64,000 nucleotides of DNA from Podarcis pityusensis (Eukaryota). Below, piece by piece: positions 24,621-38,222 of the stretch. Where the stretch lies: NCBI GenBank assembly GCA_964106645.2, contig OZ067041.1; one strand, given 5' to 3'. The notes beneath the pieces were generated by a model. The model did no database searches. It had not been told where the DNA came from and saw nothing but the letters and a program-made list of their open reading frames with translations. Each line of letters begins with the position of its first letter. The stretch's first letter is position 1. The position numbers were made by a program, and so were the translations under genes.

Positions 24621-25760
24621 TGATGGCTGCCGGAGGACTCTCAAGGAGAGGGGAGAGGAGAGGAGGCTGAGGGAGCGCTCCACAAGGGAGGGTGTTTGAA
24701 AAAGGATGAGAGGCTGCCAGCTCTGCGGGCAAGGGGTGACATAACTGAGCTCCCGAGCCCCACAGGGGGACCACAGAAGAAACCTCTGCCCTAAAGCTTT
24801 CTCCACCCACGGTAACCATGGAAACTTCCCTCCACTCACAGAGAATCTCTTGCCCTGATGAGGGTTTTCATTGATGTGTTAATGACTTGCTTCCAGCACC
24901 TTTTGTCATTCTTAGCAACTTCTATCCCAGGTGAGTCCCTGGCCTGACATCTTCCCTTTAACACTCCAAATATTATCTAAATTCTACCATTTATTACTTT
25001 CCAACATTCACTAATGCTACCAGTTATGATTGCACTTGCATCCCCAAACTTCGTTACCCCTGATCTGTAACAGTATTAAAGATAGGGTTTTTTTACACTG
25101 TGAGTAAAAGACTTTGCTTGCTAAGTTGCTAATTGAACCCTCTGTCAATGGGTGGAATCAAACAGCTCAATAGTACATTCTGTTTGGGGTGGAATCATAA
25201 AACTTTGGGGACAGTTTTCTACAGTATGTTGCAGGTAGAATGAAGGCATGAGAAGACTCGAATTTCCATGTGATGTTTCAGGCTTCCCCCTTCTTCATTG
25301 AATGAGAAATCAATGTTTTCACTCTTACTCCTTTTGAAGTTGATTCTACCCCCTATTGAAATGACTGAGACAACTGAAAAAACACACACATAAGGTGTGG
25401 GGGAGTGGAAGGGACCCCAACAAATGCTCTTCAAATTAATCTGCTACTTGTCACATCTACAGGTGCTTAGCCCATAATAACTGTTCTGTCCATTTTGTGT
25501 GAGAAAGGAGTGTAGGCAAAACTCCCAGCTTCACCACAAATGGTATTGGGGTCAATAGTATCCCACAGGTTTGCAAAACCTCTTTATCTAATGAACACAC
25601 ATTGCAGTTAGAACTTTCCTGGTGTCTCAGCAAATCTGTTTCTTTCAACATAGCTCTCTTTTGTGCAAAACATTATGATTGTGCCTTTTCGTGTCACTGA
25701 GACCTCTACTGGGTCTTCAGAAGTTTGCAAACAAGCAACACCCCTATACTCCAACAGGTA

Positions 25761-26067
25761 TAGGAACCCCTGACCATTAGGTCCAGTCGCGGATGACTCT
25801 GGGGTTGCAGCGCTCATCTCACTTTATTGGCTGAGGGAGCCGGTGTACAGCTTCCGGGTCATGTGGCCAGCATGACTAAGCCACTTCTGGCAAACCAGAG
25901 CAGCGCATGGAAACAATGTTTATCTACTTGCACTTTCGAACTGCTAGGTTGGCAGGAGCTGGGACTGAGCAACGGGAGCTCACCCCATCGTGGGGATTCG
26001 AACCGCCGATCTTCTGATCAGCAAGCCCTAGGCTCTGTGGTTTAACCCACAGCGCCACCCGTGTCCC
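25761..26067 (-). mobile_element. Sauria SINE with internal deletions
   Basis: Family sequence; TSD atactccaacaggta / ataccccaacaggta (25746-25760, 26068-26082). Confidence 0.93.
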
Positions 26068-28945
26068 ATACCCCAACAGGTAACCAGACTTAATGGCAAT
26101 GCTTAAGCAACACAACCACTTTTCTCACAGAGTGATCTTTGCAAAATGTGTTGCTTGACGTTTCTGAGGCACTATGTCTCCGGCTTCCTTCAAAAGAATC
26201 AATAAAATCTTCAGATTTTATTATTGTCCCATGCATAGTCTGTGAGATATGTTTACCATTTTTTTATGGAACAGAGAGATGGAAGTGGCAGCCAGGAAAA
26301 ATTGTACTTTTTAAGAATCTATCACTGAAAGTAGGCTGATCAAAATCTCCACTTGGTATTAAGGTGTGTTCTGGTCTTTCCGTGACCGTTGCTGCAAGGA
26401 ACAGGGCTCAGTAGGGCTGGGTGATGTTAGGTTTTCTACACTGCGATGTACTGCTAGCCAAACATCGCGGTTTGGCGATAACCCATGATGTTGAAACAAG
26501 CTCCTGAGTTCCTCTGCTAGCACAATAAAAATATCAGAATAAAAATAGAAGAAGAAATACAGCTCTGGGGCGGCCCACTCATGAGGTGAGGCAATTGCCT
26601 CAGGTGACAGGACCCACAGGGGCAGCAGATCCCAGTGTATTTCTTTATTCCCTTCTTGTTCCTCATCTAGATCTTGACAAACCCCTTCGTCCATGGGATG
26701 CCATTTTGTGGTTCACCTCAGGTGCCAAAATGTTTGGGGCCAGCCCTACACCAGCTGCAAATCAAACAGCACGAAAAGGTGAATTTGGAACAAGGATATT
26801 TCCAGGTGTTTTTTTTATTATTATTGTCAACATCACCACAACCTTAACGCTGTGTGTAAATGAACATGTTGTATATTGCCGTTAGTTCTCCCAAGTAAGG
26901 AAGACAATATTGGTATTTCTAAAGTAATGGTACCCATTGCAACAACCTCTGTGGCACACAGATAAAATCCCCCCAAACTGTCACATGTACCTATGTGTAG
27001 ACACATGATCAGAACCATTAACAACCTAATTATGGAATTCACTGCCCACGAGACGTCAGTAGCACAGATGAGCCTTTTAAAGGGATTGGATAAATCCGTA
27101 GTCTTTGATATACATCCCTTACTTACTATCCATGTCATTGTAAAGGGAGCCTCCATATTTGAAGGAACAGTAAATCCCATTTTCCAGGAAAAAATTTGGG
27201 AGGGCTGTTGTCTTCATGCATCTGCCTAACCTCTCTTGAAAGCTGTCCTCCGGACACAGTGAAGCTCTGGTTTAATCCAGCAGGGCTGCTCTTAACTGCT
27301 TTGAAGGAGGCTCATTACATGAGTTGTTTCTGTCCTTTTCGTCTGCCAGGAGCGCATACTCTGCATTTAATGTGCTCCTTCCTATGGAGGCTCTCCGAGC
27401 TCCTTGTGAACAGCTAACATTGTCACTTGCCTTCATTTTACCTGCCTCACTGAAGAGAACAACCGTAAATGTTATCTTCAAAGCACTGATTCCCACCCCC
27501 CCCTTCCAAAAACAAATGGTTTGTACATCCAGCTGTTTTCCTCTGCTGAGTCATCAGTCTCAGGATAGGCTGTGAACTGAGAGCGCAGAGAACATTAAAG
27601 CAGGTTATTATATTCAAAGCAGATTTGTAGATTAGATCAAATGGTACCACTGTAAGAAGCAGAACGCAGACTCTTTTATGGCAAGAGGTGAAGGGTGACA
27701 TTCAGCTTAATCATAATGCAAGGCCTCCTCCCTTGTGGAGCTTGAAGAGAAGGTGTCCTCTGCTCAGCATTCATCTGGGAGCCCCCCCTCCCAGAGGATC
27801 CCTTAATTACAACAAAGCACTCTTTGAAGATCATGCAAGATACTCAGAGGGGCAAACTAATGTACTATTCATGTTGACATCTCCTTAAACTGCAGCCCCT
27901 CTTTATCAATAGGATTTCTCTTGTGCTGGTGAGTGGCCCACTTTACATGAGAAGAGCAATAAATTAAGGAATAGCTGTGCTAGAAGGCCTTTTTTATAAT
28001 AAAGAAGTCGGTAAACATCTTTGTATTTTTAAGATGTTCATTGCCCAAACACTTATTTTGCAGTGGGTTGGTTTTTCTTTTTTTCTTTTTTAGTATCGTA
28101 TAGGAATCTACATTTACGATAAATTTTGAACAGGAAAAGAATTTGATTCATACTGAAAGCAGAATAGAACAAGTGTCCAAGTATCCCACTATAATGCTTT
28201 AATGTGCTTCCAAAATAAATTCCTCCTTAGTTCTGAGTGCCTTGAAAACATTGCATAGTTTCTGCTCACTTTGCAGTGTTCTGTTCATTTTTGGGAAACT
28301 ACATGCTGGACGTTTAATTGGAATTAGCTTGAAATCAGTTAACTCAAAAACTTCCTGGACAGCACTATTCCTCTTCCTTCTTAGAGAAGGAGACAAAAAT
28401 CAGGGCTGAGGTGGGATTCTTCCGGCAATGTGAATATTTTCTTGTCTTCTCCTCTTGCTCTCTCTTTGAACTCCCTCTGCCTGTGCTGCTCGTATTGCTG
28501 GTTGAATGAGCAAACTTCATACAGGTCAAATCAGTACAAACATGAGGGACCCAGGGAGCCAATCCAATGTCATTCCCTGCAGCTCCCCAGGATTGCTGAG
28601 CTGAGAGAAATTACTGGACTTCCCATCTCCTCTTCCGTATTTTTCCCCTGCCTGGTTCCCTGCTGCATGACAGCCAACAATGTCACTATCCTTGCCTTCC
28701 TGTCTAGATTCCAACCTGGGCAGTCTCCTGTCACTAGCAGCCTGTCCAGCCTGTTAAAAGATCACAGTTGAGCTTACCTGTGTGAATTAGGATACGTATG
28801 CAGTAATTCCCACCCCACCCCCACTTTTAGATAAAAATGTGATGGTGACCTACATAGATCTCCATGCAACAACCCAGTAAGATAGCTTGGGCTAAGTGGT
28901 TGTGCCTACCCTAAATTGTGCAGCCACCTTCCTGGCTTCCTAGAC

Positions 28946-29194
28946 CATGGGTTGGCAACCTAAGGCCCAGGGGCCGGATCTGGCCCAATTGCCTTCTAAA
29001 TCTGGCCCGTGGACGGTCTGGGAATCAGCGTGTTTTTACATGAGTAGAATGTGCCCTTTTATTTAAAATGCATCTCTGGGTGATTTGTGGGGCATAGGAA
29101 TTCATTCTCCCCCCCCAAAAAAAATATAGTCTGGCCCCCCCCCCACATGGTCTGAGGGACAGTGGACCCTGCTGAAGAAGGTTGCTGACCCCTG
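28946..29194. mobile_element. hAT-family MITE
   Basis: Perfect 8-bp TSD tcctagac (28938-28945, 29195-29202); homologous to 16024-16277. Confidence 0.92.
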
Positions 29195-32122
29195 TCCTAG
29201 ACCAAGTCACAAACACATTTTGAATTTCATCTTAACACAGTTGTGAATAGGTTCACTTAGGATGCTGAGCTACCTACCTTACGTAATTTTCATCGCACAT
29301 CCAGCTGTGCCCTTTGAAAACAATGCAGCAATCCAAATCTAAAATGCTACTTTTAGTTTAACATCAATCTGATTTACATCCAAATACTAAAAAAAGCCCA
29401 TCTAGTGTATTATCAGTTGTGTGAGCGTGTGCTTATGTAGCTGTTTAAATGAATAGACAAGTCTTTTGGGTAGGGCCCTGGGAAACTGATTTCTCGGGGC
29501 CTATGAAGACAGTGTTATCAGTGAAATATGAGATTTCGAAAACAATTGCTCTTACTTTTTTGGCTAAAGAAGAGTTTATGTGGGAAAGGCTCATACAAGC
29601 TGGGATGAGTTCCAGTTTCTATGGTCCCTCCAGGCCATATTTCCACATAATAATTTTCCTGCACAGAGAGACTCTCTTGTCATTAACTGTTAATGTGCAA
29701 AGCAGTCCTCACGCTTCCTGAGGTCTGTATCCCTTCTCTTAAGCCTGCAGCTCTACTCATTACAGACCTTACATGCTTCCCTTGGGCCTTCTGTCAACCT
29801 TTCCATGTAGCAGAGCTGGGGGGAAATGTGTTCTGAGCAGTGGCTTTTGCTGAAAACGCCATGATCTGAGGGAGGGACTCTATATTACTCAAGGCACGAG
29901 TGCCACTGAAAATAGCATCCCCATGTCTAGTTGTCCCACCTTCACCCCATCCACAAATTTTCTGAAATTTGTTGCCTGAAATAACATCATCATGTTGAGG
30001 GCTTCCTCACTCCCCACCAGTGGCAGCTATGATATGGAATGGGGCGACAAACCTCAAAGTGTCATGCTATGGTGCTGTTATCTGTCACACTCCACCCCAC
30101 ATCACAGCTGCCACTGGTAGGGGTGAGGAAGGTCTCTGGATGACCAGGTCAAGATTTACTCAACGTTGCATGCGCAAGAGAGAACTAGACACAGGATTTT
30201 TTTTGTTGTTGGCAGCACTCTGTGTTCTGTAGAAACTATTTGCCCCCTGATCAGTAGGCTTTTGGCAAGAAAAAAGCCATGTGTTCATTCCTCAAATCTT
30301 TCCCCCTCTCCTATCGCTGATATGGAGATTATTCAGGATGTCTGTAATTTGCCTTGTTAAAAGGGGGCAACTCTTCCACTAAAACAGATTAAATGGGACA
30401 CGTCTGTAACAGCATTCATTATTTTTTATGAGTGGGTTGTCACAACATATGAACCGTATATTTCTCAATCATATTTTTAGCATTTTCTTTCTTGATCGCC
30501 TGTTTGCTTTGTAAGAGGAGCATAAAAATGAACATTTGCTTACTCTTGATCGTTCTTTCAACCTTCTTTCCTTCTTACGGCATTGAATCCTCAGAACATG
30601 CGCTCCCAAGAAGTCACACTGGGTTAAAATGACATTTTCTATAGAAAGAGAGAGCTGGACCCAGAGTCAGGCCGGGGTGTGGGGGTGTGTGCACGACCAA
30701 TTATGACGAGTGAGACCAGTTCAGGAGGAAAAGCAACTAGTTTTGTCCAAACGTGTGAAACTATTAAGGGCACAAATCAGGGGCAACATTTGATAATGAA
30801 TGTGTGTGGTCTTCCTCTAATTAATGCCAAAGTCTTTAGGGGAGTCATGCAGAATAACCTTTCCTTAGTTAACTGTCACAGAAGAAAGGAATGGGGGAAC
30901 TATTATGCTGCTGTCAAGATTTTCCTGAAACAAAGAGGGGCAGAATTATGCATGCTGAGGGGTGTCTTGGGTGCTTTGATTAGCAGCAGAGGCCCAATTT
31001 TGCCATCAAAGGCATTGTTAATTATAAGCCACACTGAAAGGCTCTTGTCATGAACATTGCAGAGAACGATATTACAAGAAAGTGTCGTTTTCAGTTAAGG
31101 TGATTCTTGGCTGCTGTTAGTCTGAAGTGGGCGGGGGAGGGGAATCAAAATGTCCACATCATTTCAAGGTAAATTCGAAATGCTGTTGTATTTAATCAGA
31201 ACGATTAGCCAGCGAAATAAAACAATCCATATTTCTTATTGGTTTGTTTGCATCAGGTTGTGACGTGACCTGACAGACTCTCCCCTCCTGTTTGCAATGG
31301 TTGAAAATGGGAGAGTCTCTGAAGTAATGATTCCCTCTTTAGCAGCTGGCGGCTGTTAACAAGATGTCGTAAAAGTTCCTCTTTAAATAAGAGATCAGCC
31401 TTCATTATTCCATATCTTTGATGATTAAAGAGATTTTTATTGAAATTACTACACCAAAAAGCATACAAAAGAAAATGGAAATGCTAATTTGCAATCTGCC
31501 TACTGACCAAGCATCATATCGTAATGAACTGTGACAGCCTGTGGCCTTCGCTTTCTGGACTAGCTAATCTGAAGTGACAAATAATGTACCACTATGTGCA
31601 TTTTTTAAAGGGATGCTCTTGTAAAACAGTGATCTTCAATTTTTTCCCTAGCAATGATTAAATTGCAGCTACAAAACAACTTGCCTTTCTTCTGCCATAA
31701 TCACTGATAACATACAAAGGCCAATGAAGTGGACGGGAGGGGACCTTCTGTAGCTTTCTTTGTGTTGATTTTCACTCTTTATCACGTGCTCTTAACCACC
31801 AGATGTTGTATTAAGCAAGGTTTGGAAAACACTTCTTTTTTTGCAAAGAAAATAAAATGCATAATAAGAGTGGTTTGAAAAGCCCAGCTTTTTGTAAGTC
31901 CAGCAGGAGGCAAACTGAGATGTGGTTGGCATGGCCTGAACAGAAGAAAGGAGGCAAATTTTGGCAGTCTGATATTCAGATAAATCCCAGCTAGACTGGC
32001 AGGGAATAGGCAGGCAAGACTGGGCATCATTCAGATCAAACAATAGACTTGGAAATGGACAGGGCGGGACCAATATACAAATTAGACCATTTATATGTCT
32101 ACCTCCTTGCCAAACTTGGTAC

Positions 32123-32706
32123 CATAGAATCATAGAATTGTAGAGTTGGAAGGGACTTGAGGGTCATCTAGTCCAACCCCCTGCAATGCAGGAATTTCAG
32201 CTACGGTATCCATGACATGGCAATCCAACCTCTGCTTAAAAACTCCCAAGGAAGGAGAGCCCATTACCTTTCAAGGGAATTTGCTCCACTGTTCTTACCA
32301 TCAGAAAGTTCTTCCTGATGTTTGTCCACAATCTCCTTTCTTTGTAACTTGAAGCCATTGGTTTGGGTCCTACCCTTCGGAGCAGGAGAAAACAAGCTTG
32401 CTCCATCCTCCATTTGACAGCCCTTTAGATATTTGAAGATAGCAATCATTTCTCATCTCAGTCTACTCTTTCCTAGGCTAAACATACCCAGTTCCCTTGA
32501 CCATTCCTCGTTAGTCTTGGTTTCCAGGTCCTCGATCATCTTGGTTGCCCTCCTCTGCACCCATTCCAGCTTGTCAATATCCTTCTTAAATTGTGGCCCC
32601 CAGAACTGGACACAGTATTCCAGGTATGGTCTGACCAAGACAGAATAGAGTGGTACTATTACATTCCTTGATCTGAGCAGTATACTTCTGTTGATGCAGT
32701 CTAGAA
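32123..32706 (-). mobile_element. CR1 LINE 3' fragment
   Basis: [34 protein letters not shown]...ELGMFSL.K.RLR.DMIAIFKYLKG (CR1 ORF2 C-terminus) and an (ATTCTATG)2 tail. Confidence 0.93.
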
Positions 32707-33696
32707 GAGCATATGGGGGGGGGGTGTTGTTGCATCACAGTGTACCCTCGACATGTTGTTGGACAATAACTCCAATCATTCCTGACCATTGATCATGCTG
32801 ACTAGAGCATTTGAAGGACACTAGCTTGGGAAAGACTGTTCTCTGACTAGCAGTGGCCATCCAGGATTTCAAACAGGAGTCTTTCCCAGTCTTGCCAGGA
32901 AATCCCACCATTCCTTTCCTCTGACCATGTTCAATATCATATGTAGTTCTAGGTGAGTTATTTTGGAAAACTATTATTTTTAACACCTAGGTGTGGAAAC
33001 GGGGCTTTGAAATAGATGCACACACTTTTGAACAAATGATTTAGTTGCGCAGCACGATATGGTTTGCCAAATGTAAGCCTGTTTGCAGGTGTGAGTAGTG
33101 GAGGCAAGTCACCAAAATAAAAAACATTCTAGAGGTGTTTTGCTGTGCTCAATTTATTTGTTGTAAACTGATTAAGTTTTCATAATACACAATGGCAAAA
33201 AATTAAGGATGTTTTAGCTGTGGTAGTTGCTAAGATTAGGAATTAAAAAATGGCAAAAGGCTGCCTCTTTCTGGTTGGTAGATACTATAGATACTATTCC
33301 ATTCCATTTCAGAGGTTGAATTGCCTTGGGAAATACATAATTCTCATATGTCAGCCATGTAAACATGGTGGCCTTTTTTCGTTGCTAAACTTTACCATGT
33401 GTGGGGACACTTTCTATGACTGGAGTCAAAGAAACTTAAAATTGAAAGAATATTCTTAATAAAACAGAAGCAGGTTTATTTATATTCATGAATTGTTTTA
33501 ATGTAACATGTATTATTTTTACACTTAGCAATGATATAAACAAACAAGCTGCACAATATAGAGTTAGCATCAACTTGCAAAAATAATGGAAACAAAAAAC
33601 CCATACAAATAAATCATGTTTGTGGTAGAGGAGCTCTTCATTAAAATTGTATTCAGAATTCAACCTCGTACAATAGAACAGAAAGTACAGTAGTTG

Positions 33697-33721
33697 TACA
33701 CACACACACACACACACACAC
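33697..33721. repeat. (CA)n microsatellite
   Basis: About 12 uninterrupted CA units. Confidence 0.9.
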
Positions 33722-34180
33722 GACCAAATCAATAGAATTGTGTTTTCAAAAATATTTCTTGTGAATACAGGTTTGTTGCATCCAATGCAATAGTTGCTGA
33801 TGCATTGTGGTCCAAGGTAACCACGAGCAGTTGCAAGCTGCTCAGTTCTGTGGGCACTTGGGGTCACAGAGGAAACAGACAATGCTTTGTCACAGTCCAA
33901 GTTAAGCTGAGAGTAGACAGGACCTTGGACAGCTCCAAGGAACCTTGCCAAAGCAGCTATAAAAGATGCTGTCTCTTCAAGGTGCTAGAGTCTACATGAA
34001 TCCTTCTGTTGGTTGACCAGGCCTTAAGTGTGGAAGGATCCGTTTCCCTGGAGGAGCTGCCTGGCTGGTTCATTGAGTCATCTTATCTTGACCTCTGCAA
34101 TGCTGTGGAGAGATGTAATGCAGGCTAGTGGTAGGGCTGTGTCCTGTGCTGAGGAGGTCTGTATGTTGTTCCCCACCATC

Positions 34181-34661
34181 TGTGGCAATCACACAGGGTC
34201 CCCGGACGTTTCACCGTCTATTGATCCCTGTGCCACCATTTGATTTCTCGCTGCCACCACCCAGGCCTTACTTGGTACAATACTGAGTCCAGTCAGGGTT
34301 AAATTGGAACATAAACTTCTGTTTATTTATTGCAGCTTAACAAGTGTGTGGTTTCATAAACAGTATCATGGGGTGCCTATCCAGACCTATAACTTCCGCT
34401 ACCTGCTCTCACTCACTAAACCACCTCTCAGATATTTACTTGTCTTCCTAGCCCCTAACTGTTCCTGACTCAGCTTATTTCTCTACACTAACTCAACCTC
34501 CCCACAGACTCTATCTCAATTCAATCCCACTCCAACCAACCACCCAATTCCCAACAAACTCCTCCCTTCGCCCCTCCCAGAGCTGGTTTTATAGTCCCTC
34601 TGACTCCACCCCCTGGGTTCTGATTCTATTTCACCTCCAGCACTCATATGTTAACGTCACA
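34181..34661 (-). mobile_element. Solo LTR (481 bp, probably Gypsy-type)
   Basis: TGTG...CACA termini; 5-bp TSD ccatc (34176-34180, 34662-34666); minus-strand TATAAAA (34587-34593) upstream of AATAAA (34322-34331). Confidence 0.82.
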
Positions 34662-35289
34662 CCATCACCCAAGGAAATTGCCTGAACCTCATCCGAGTCC
34701 TCAGCTGTGCACTGCAAGGTCCCCAGGTTGTGGATCATGGCACAACTGTGGGTTTCTGTCACGGAGTCTCTTTTCCATAAGCACATTTCAACAACTTGTA
34801 TAAAGGAGTCCATATTTCTGAAGATTATGAAAACTTTGACTGCCACGTCTGATCGTCCCCATGCCATCCCCATTTAATTGGGAGAGATCGCACAAACTGC
34901 ATGGACCGCCAAGCTCCCAGATGGTAGGCAGCTTACACTGTATGTTGCTTTCATGCTGCATTTGTGGATAGTAGAATGTGAAGCGAATATAGCCAATTCT
35001 TGTCCTGCTTAATCTACAATGCCAAGGTCATTTGTGCGACTATACAGATAGATTATCAGCCTCTCCAGGAAAGATAAGGTGCCACTGCAAATTGAACTTG
35101 GGGCTGAAATTGATGTGAATCTGATGTGAATGTTGTTTTTCTTTTCCATTGAATATTGAAATACTCTCACAACCTGTGAAGGTCTAGAATCCTAACAGAA
35201 CATCACATTTGTCTCATCATATGGCTTTGCTAATAGCACTTGTAGATATAGTTCTTTGTTTTTTACCTGTTCCAATCAATATCTGATGT

Positions 35290-35452
35290 AAGAGGGAACA
35301 AATAGCCTATTGATAGGGTAATGGCATCAACAGCCACTGTACACCAGTATTTTTGAGACATATTTTTCTACCATGTTTTTCATGGTGAACAATACTGGTG
35401 TACAGTGGCTGTTGATGCCATTACCCTATCAATAGGCTATTTGTTCCCTCTT
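35290..35452. repeat. Perfect 62-bp inverted repeat with 39-nt spacer
   Basis: 35290-35351 is the exact reverse complement of 35391-35452. Confidence 0.95.
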
Positions 35453-36140
35453 GGCTCACTTGACAAGAGACATGAAAATTAGAAACTAATCAAATATTTC
35501 ATTTATGTATTTATTATTAGATGTAATATTATAAAGCCCCCAATGGATACAAACAGAATCCTTGACACCCCCCCCCAAAAAAAAATATATCATACCCATT
35601 CTAATATGGTACAGCTAAAATAAAAAACAACAACACAAACATACCATTTCCCTATAACTATTATATTAAAACTGTGCCTTTCCCAAGGTGTCTGTGCATC
35701 TCCTATCATCTGTAAACTTGATATCTCCAGCCTTGTAAAAGTTGACTGCATGTGGGTCCCAGCATCCAAGCACAATGTGTTCCCAGGAATTGTTTCTAAG
35801 CCGAGCATTCACATAACAAGCTGGCGATTTCCATGATTCCTATGAGATTTCTAATAACTTCATTCCAACTAGCAAAAAGCTGTCTTAATTGTCCAATCTA
35901 TCCCCTTTCCTATCCCCTTCCTCCTACCATGTTTTCTTGTGAAACAGCCTCTGTGGCCAGCAAAAACACAAAAAGTAAGGCTTCTAATTTATTTTTACTG
36001 TTTACTACATCCAGGTCTGGTTGTTTGGATATGTGAATCTGCAGTGTGTATGATGAGGTTTGTGTACTAATCCCTTGTGTTGGGATAAGTGAGTTTTGCT
36101 TCATGAGAGTTTGGATAGTGAGACCTGCATGTGTTTTTAA

Positions 36141-36330
36141 GGGAAGGGTGGTTGCTCAGTTACAGATTACCTACTTTGCATGCAGAAGGTCCCAGGTTCA
36201 GTTCACAACACCTCCAGGTAGATCTGGGGATGGCCCCTAGTCTGAAACCCTGAAGAGCCATTTCCAGTTGGTATATGGTGAACTGGATGATTCAATGGCC
36301 TGACTCAGTATAAGAAAGTCCCCTATGGCC
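36141..36330 (+). mobile_element. Degenerate tRNA-derived squamate SINE
   Basis: gctcagt...ctttgcatgcagaaggtcccaggttca head and tgactcagtataag...cctat 3' end; a related 3' fragment lies at ~52020-52135. Confidence 0.7.
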
Positions 36331-37980
36331 ACCACATTGCAGGTTGCAGTGTTGTTTTTTAAAAGACATCCAGCCACCCAACTATATAGAGGTAGTGAAG
36401 TGAAGTGGTTAGGGTGTCACACTAAGATTCGGCAGGCCTAGGAGGGCAGCCTTAAAGCTTACCTGGACCCACAGAGAACCATGTACAAGTCCTTGTGCTC
36501 CTTAAATAAAAAGGGGTGTACGTATGTATGCATATATGTACATGCACCATTATAACCATATCTTTACGCGACAAAATCGAGTAACATATTTGTTTATTTC
36601 CTTATCTGCTATATATAGCAAGAACTTTGACTTGGAGTACAGTTTCTGCCCAAGTATTTAATGTCCAAATCAGTACAGTGCTTAGGCAAAATAGGGTTTG
36701 GAGGCACAGCATGTGCTATTCATGGCTGAGCAAGCTAAGACATTGATCCAACAAGCCACACACACCTCTGGGTCCCATTATATTGGAATGGGGTTGGAAC
36801 AACTTTAGCAAAGTAACCAGGACTCTCCAGGGCAAGGAAATGGCTTCATGACTTAGTCGATGCAGGAGGCAACAGTGGCAGCTCTGAGCAATGAGCAGCC
36901 TGAGCCCAGTGCCTCATTTTACCTAATAATAGGGTTGGCTTTGTTTACCGAGCCTCCTGTTGATACATGGAAAGCTATGTTTGGCTTGATCGGTCACAAG
37001 GTTTTGTTTTGTATTGTTTTTTTGGAGGAGAGCTGCATTTTGATACAGTTCATCTTTCACTGTGAATAATAAGAGTTTTGCATCACCATGTCTTGGAAGA
37101 AATGACTGTTTCTGTGTGTTCTATCCACCCAATTGTCCAACTTTTGTTAAATAGCGAAATAAATGAATGAATTACTTTTTGCAACTACGCGATACATTGG
37201 CACAGCGCAACAGATTTAATCTTCTCCATAACTCATTGTATCTGTCCTAGCAGTAGAGTGGATGTTGTTCTCATTTTTAAAAGGTGAGGTTGATTTCCAC
37301 TGACAGTTGTGAGATTTATCCCTCGTATCTATTAAATCCCAGTTGCATTTTCTATAGGAATGTATCTGGAGAGGGCAATGTTTATAGGTGTAAAGGAAAG
37401 TCTCGTGCATCATTACAGTAAATCACTAATTGTAACTGTCTTTTTTATCAAACAAGGAAGTCCTAGCACTAGAATATTGGTTATTTATGTTATTCCTTCA
37501 GGAAGTGATGTTATTTAAGGAGTTGTCTGCAGAACGGAATACTTGCATATTTTATGATAGAAATTCTAGGAAGCATTATGCGGCACTTTTGAGAGTGAGC
37601 GCATGTATTTACATTTGATAAACAGATACATTATAAAATAAAAAAACAGTGCTTGTAGTGGAGGCTTTATTCTAATTTAAAAGCTGACATGATTGCTTTA
37701 CAAAGGAATGATATGACAGGGAAGCCAGTGCATTCTTCAGCCAACAACAACATAAATACAGCTGATAAGCTTCAATAGTTCTCCAGAGGTGACAGAGACA
37801 AAATAGCGTAACCGGCTGTACATCTGCTTTACATACCAAAAGGAGGAGGGGGCGGGTTAAAAGGAACATGTGCAGAACCAATACAGCATCTGACATCTTT
37901 TCCTGTGGCAGCCAGCGGAGGTTTCACAACACCATGTTCCAACTTAATATACTGGATATGCCAGGGACCAGTCTCTTGTA

Positions 37981-38222
37981 CAGTGGTCCCTCGAATGGCT
38001 TGGCTCCCAAACAAATCAGAAACCCAAACATCACAAACCCAGAAGTGAGTGTTCCTGTTTGTGAACGTTTTTCAGAAGCCGAATATCCAACGTGGCTTCC
38101 ACGGCTTCCGGTTGAGTGCAGGAATCTCTTGCAGCCAATCGGAAGCCACGCCTTGGTTTTCGAACCGTTTTGGGAGTCGAACGGACTCCCGGAATGGATT
38201 AAGTTCAAGAACCAAGGTACTG
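37981..38222. mobile_element. Tigger-like MITE (variant subfamily)
   Basis: TA|CAGTGGTCCCTCG...ggattaagttcaagaaccaaggtactg|TA; internal cgtggcttcc/ggaagccacg palindrome. Confidence 0.82.
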
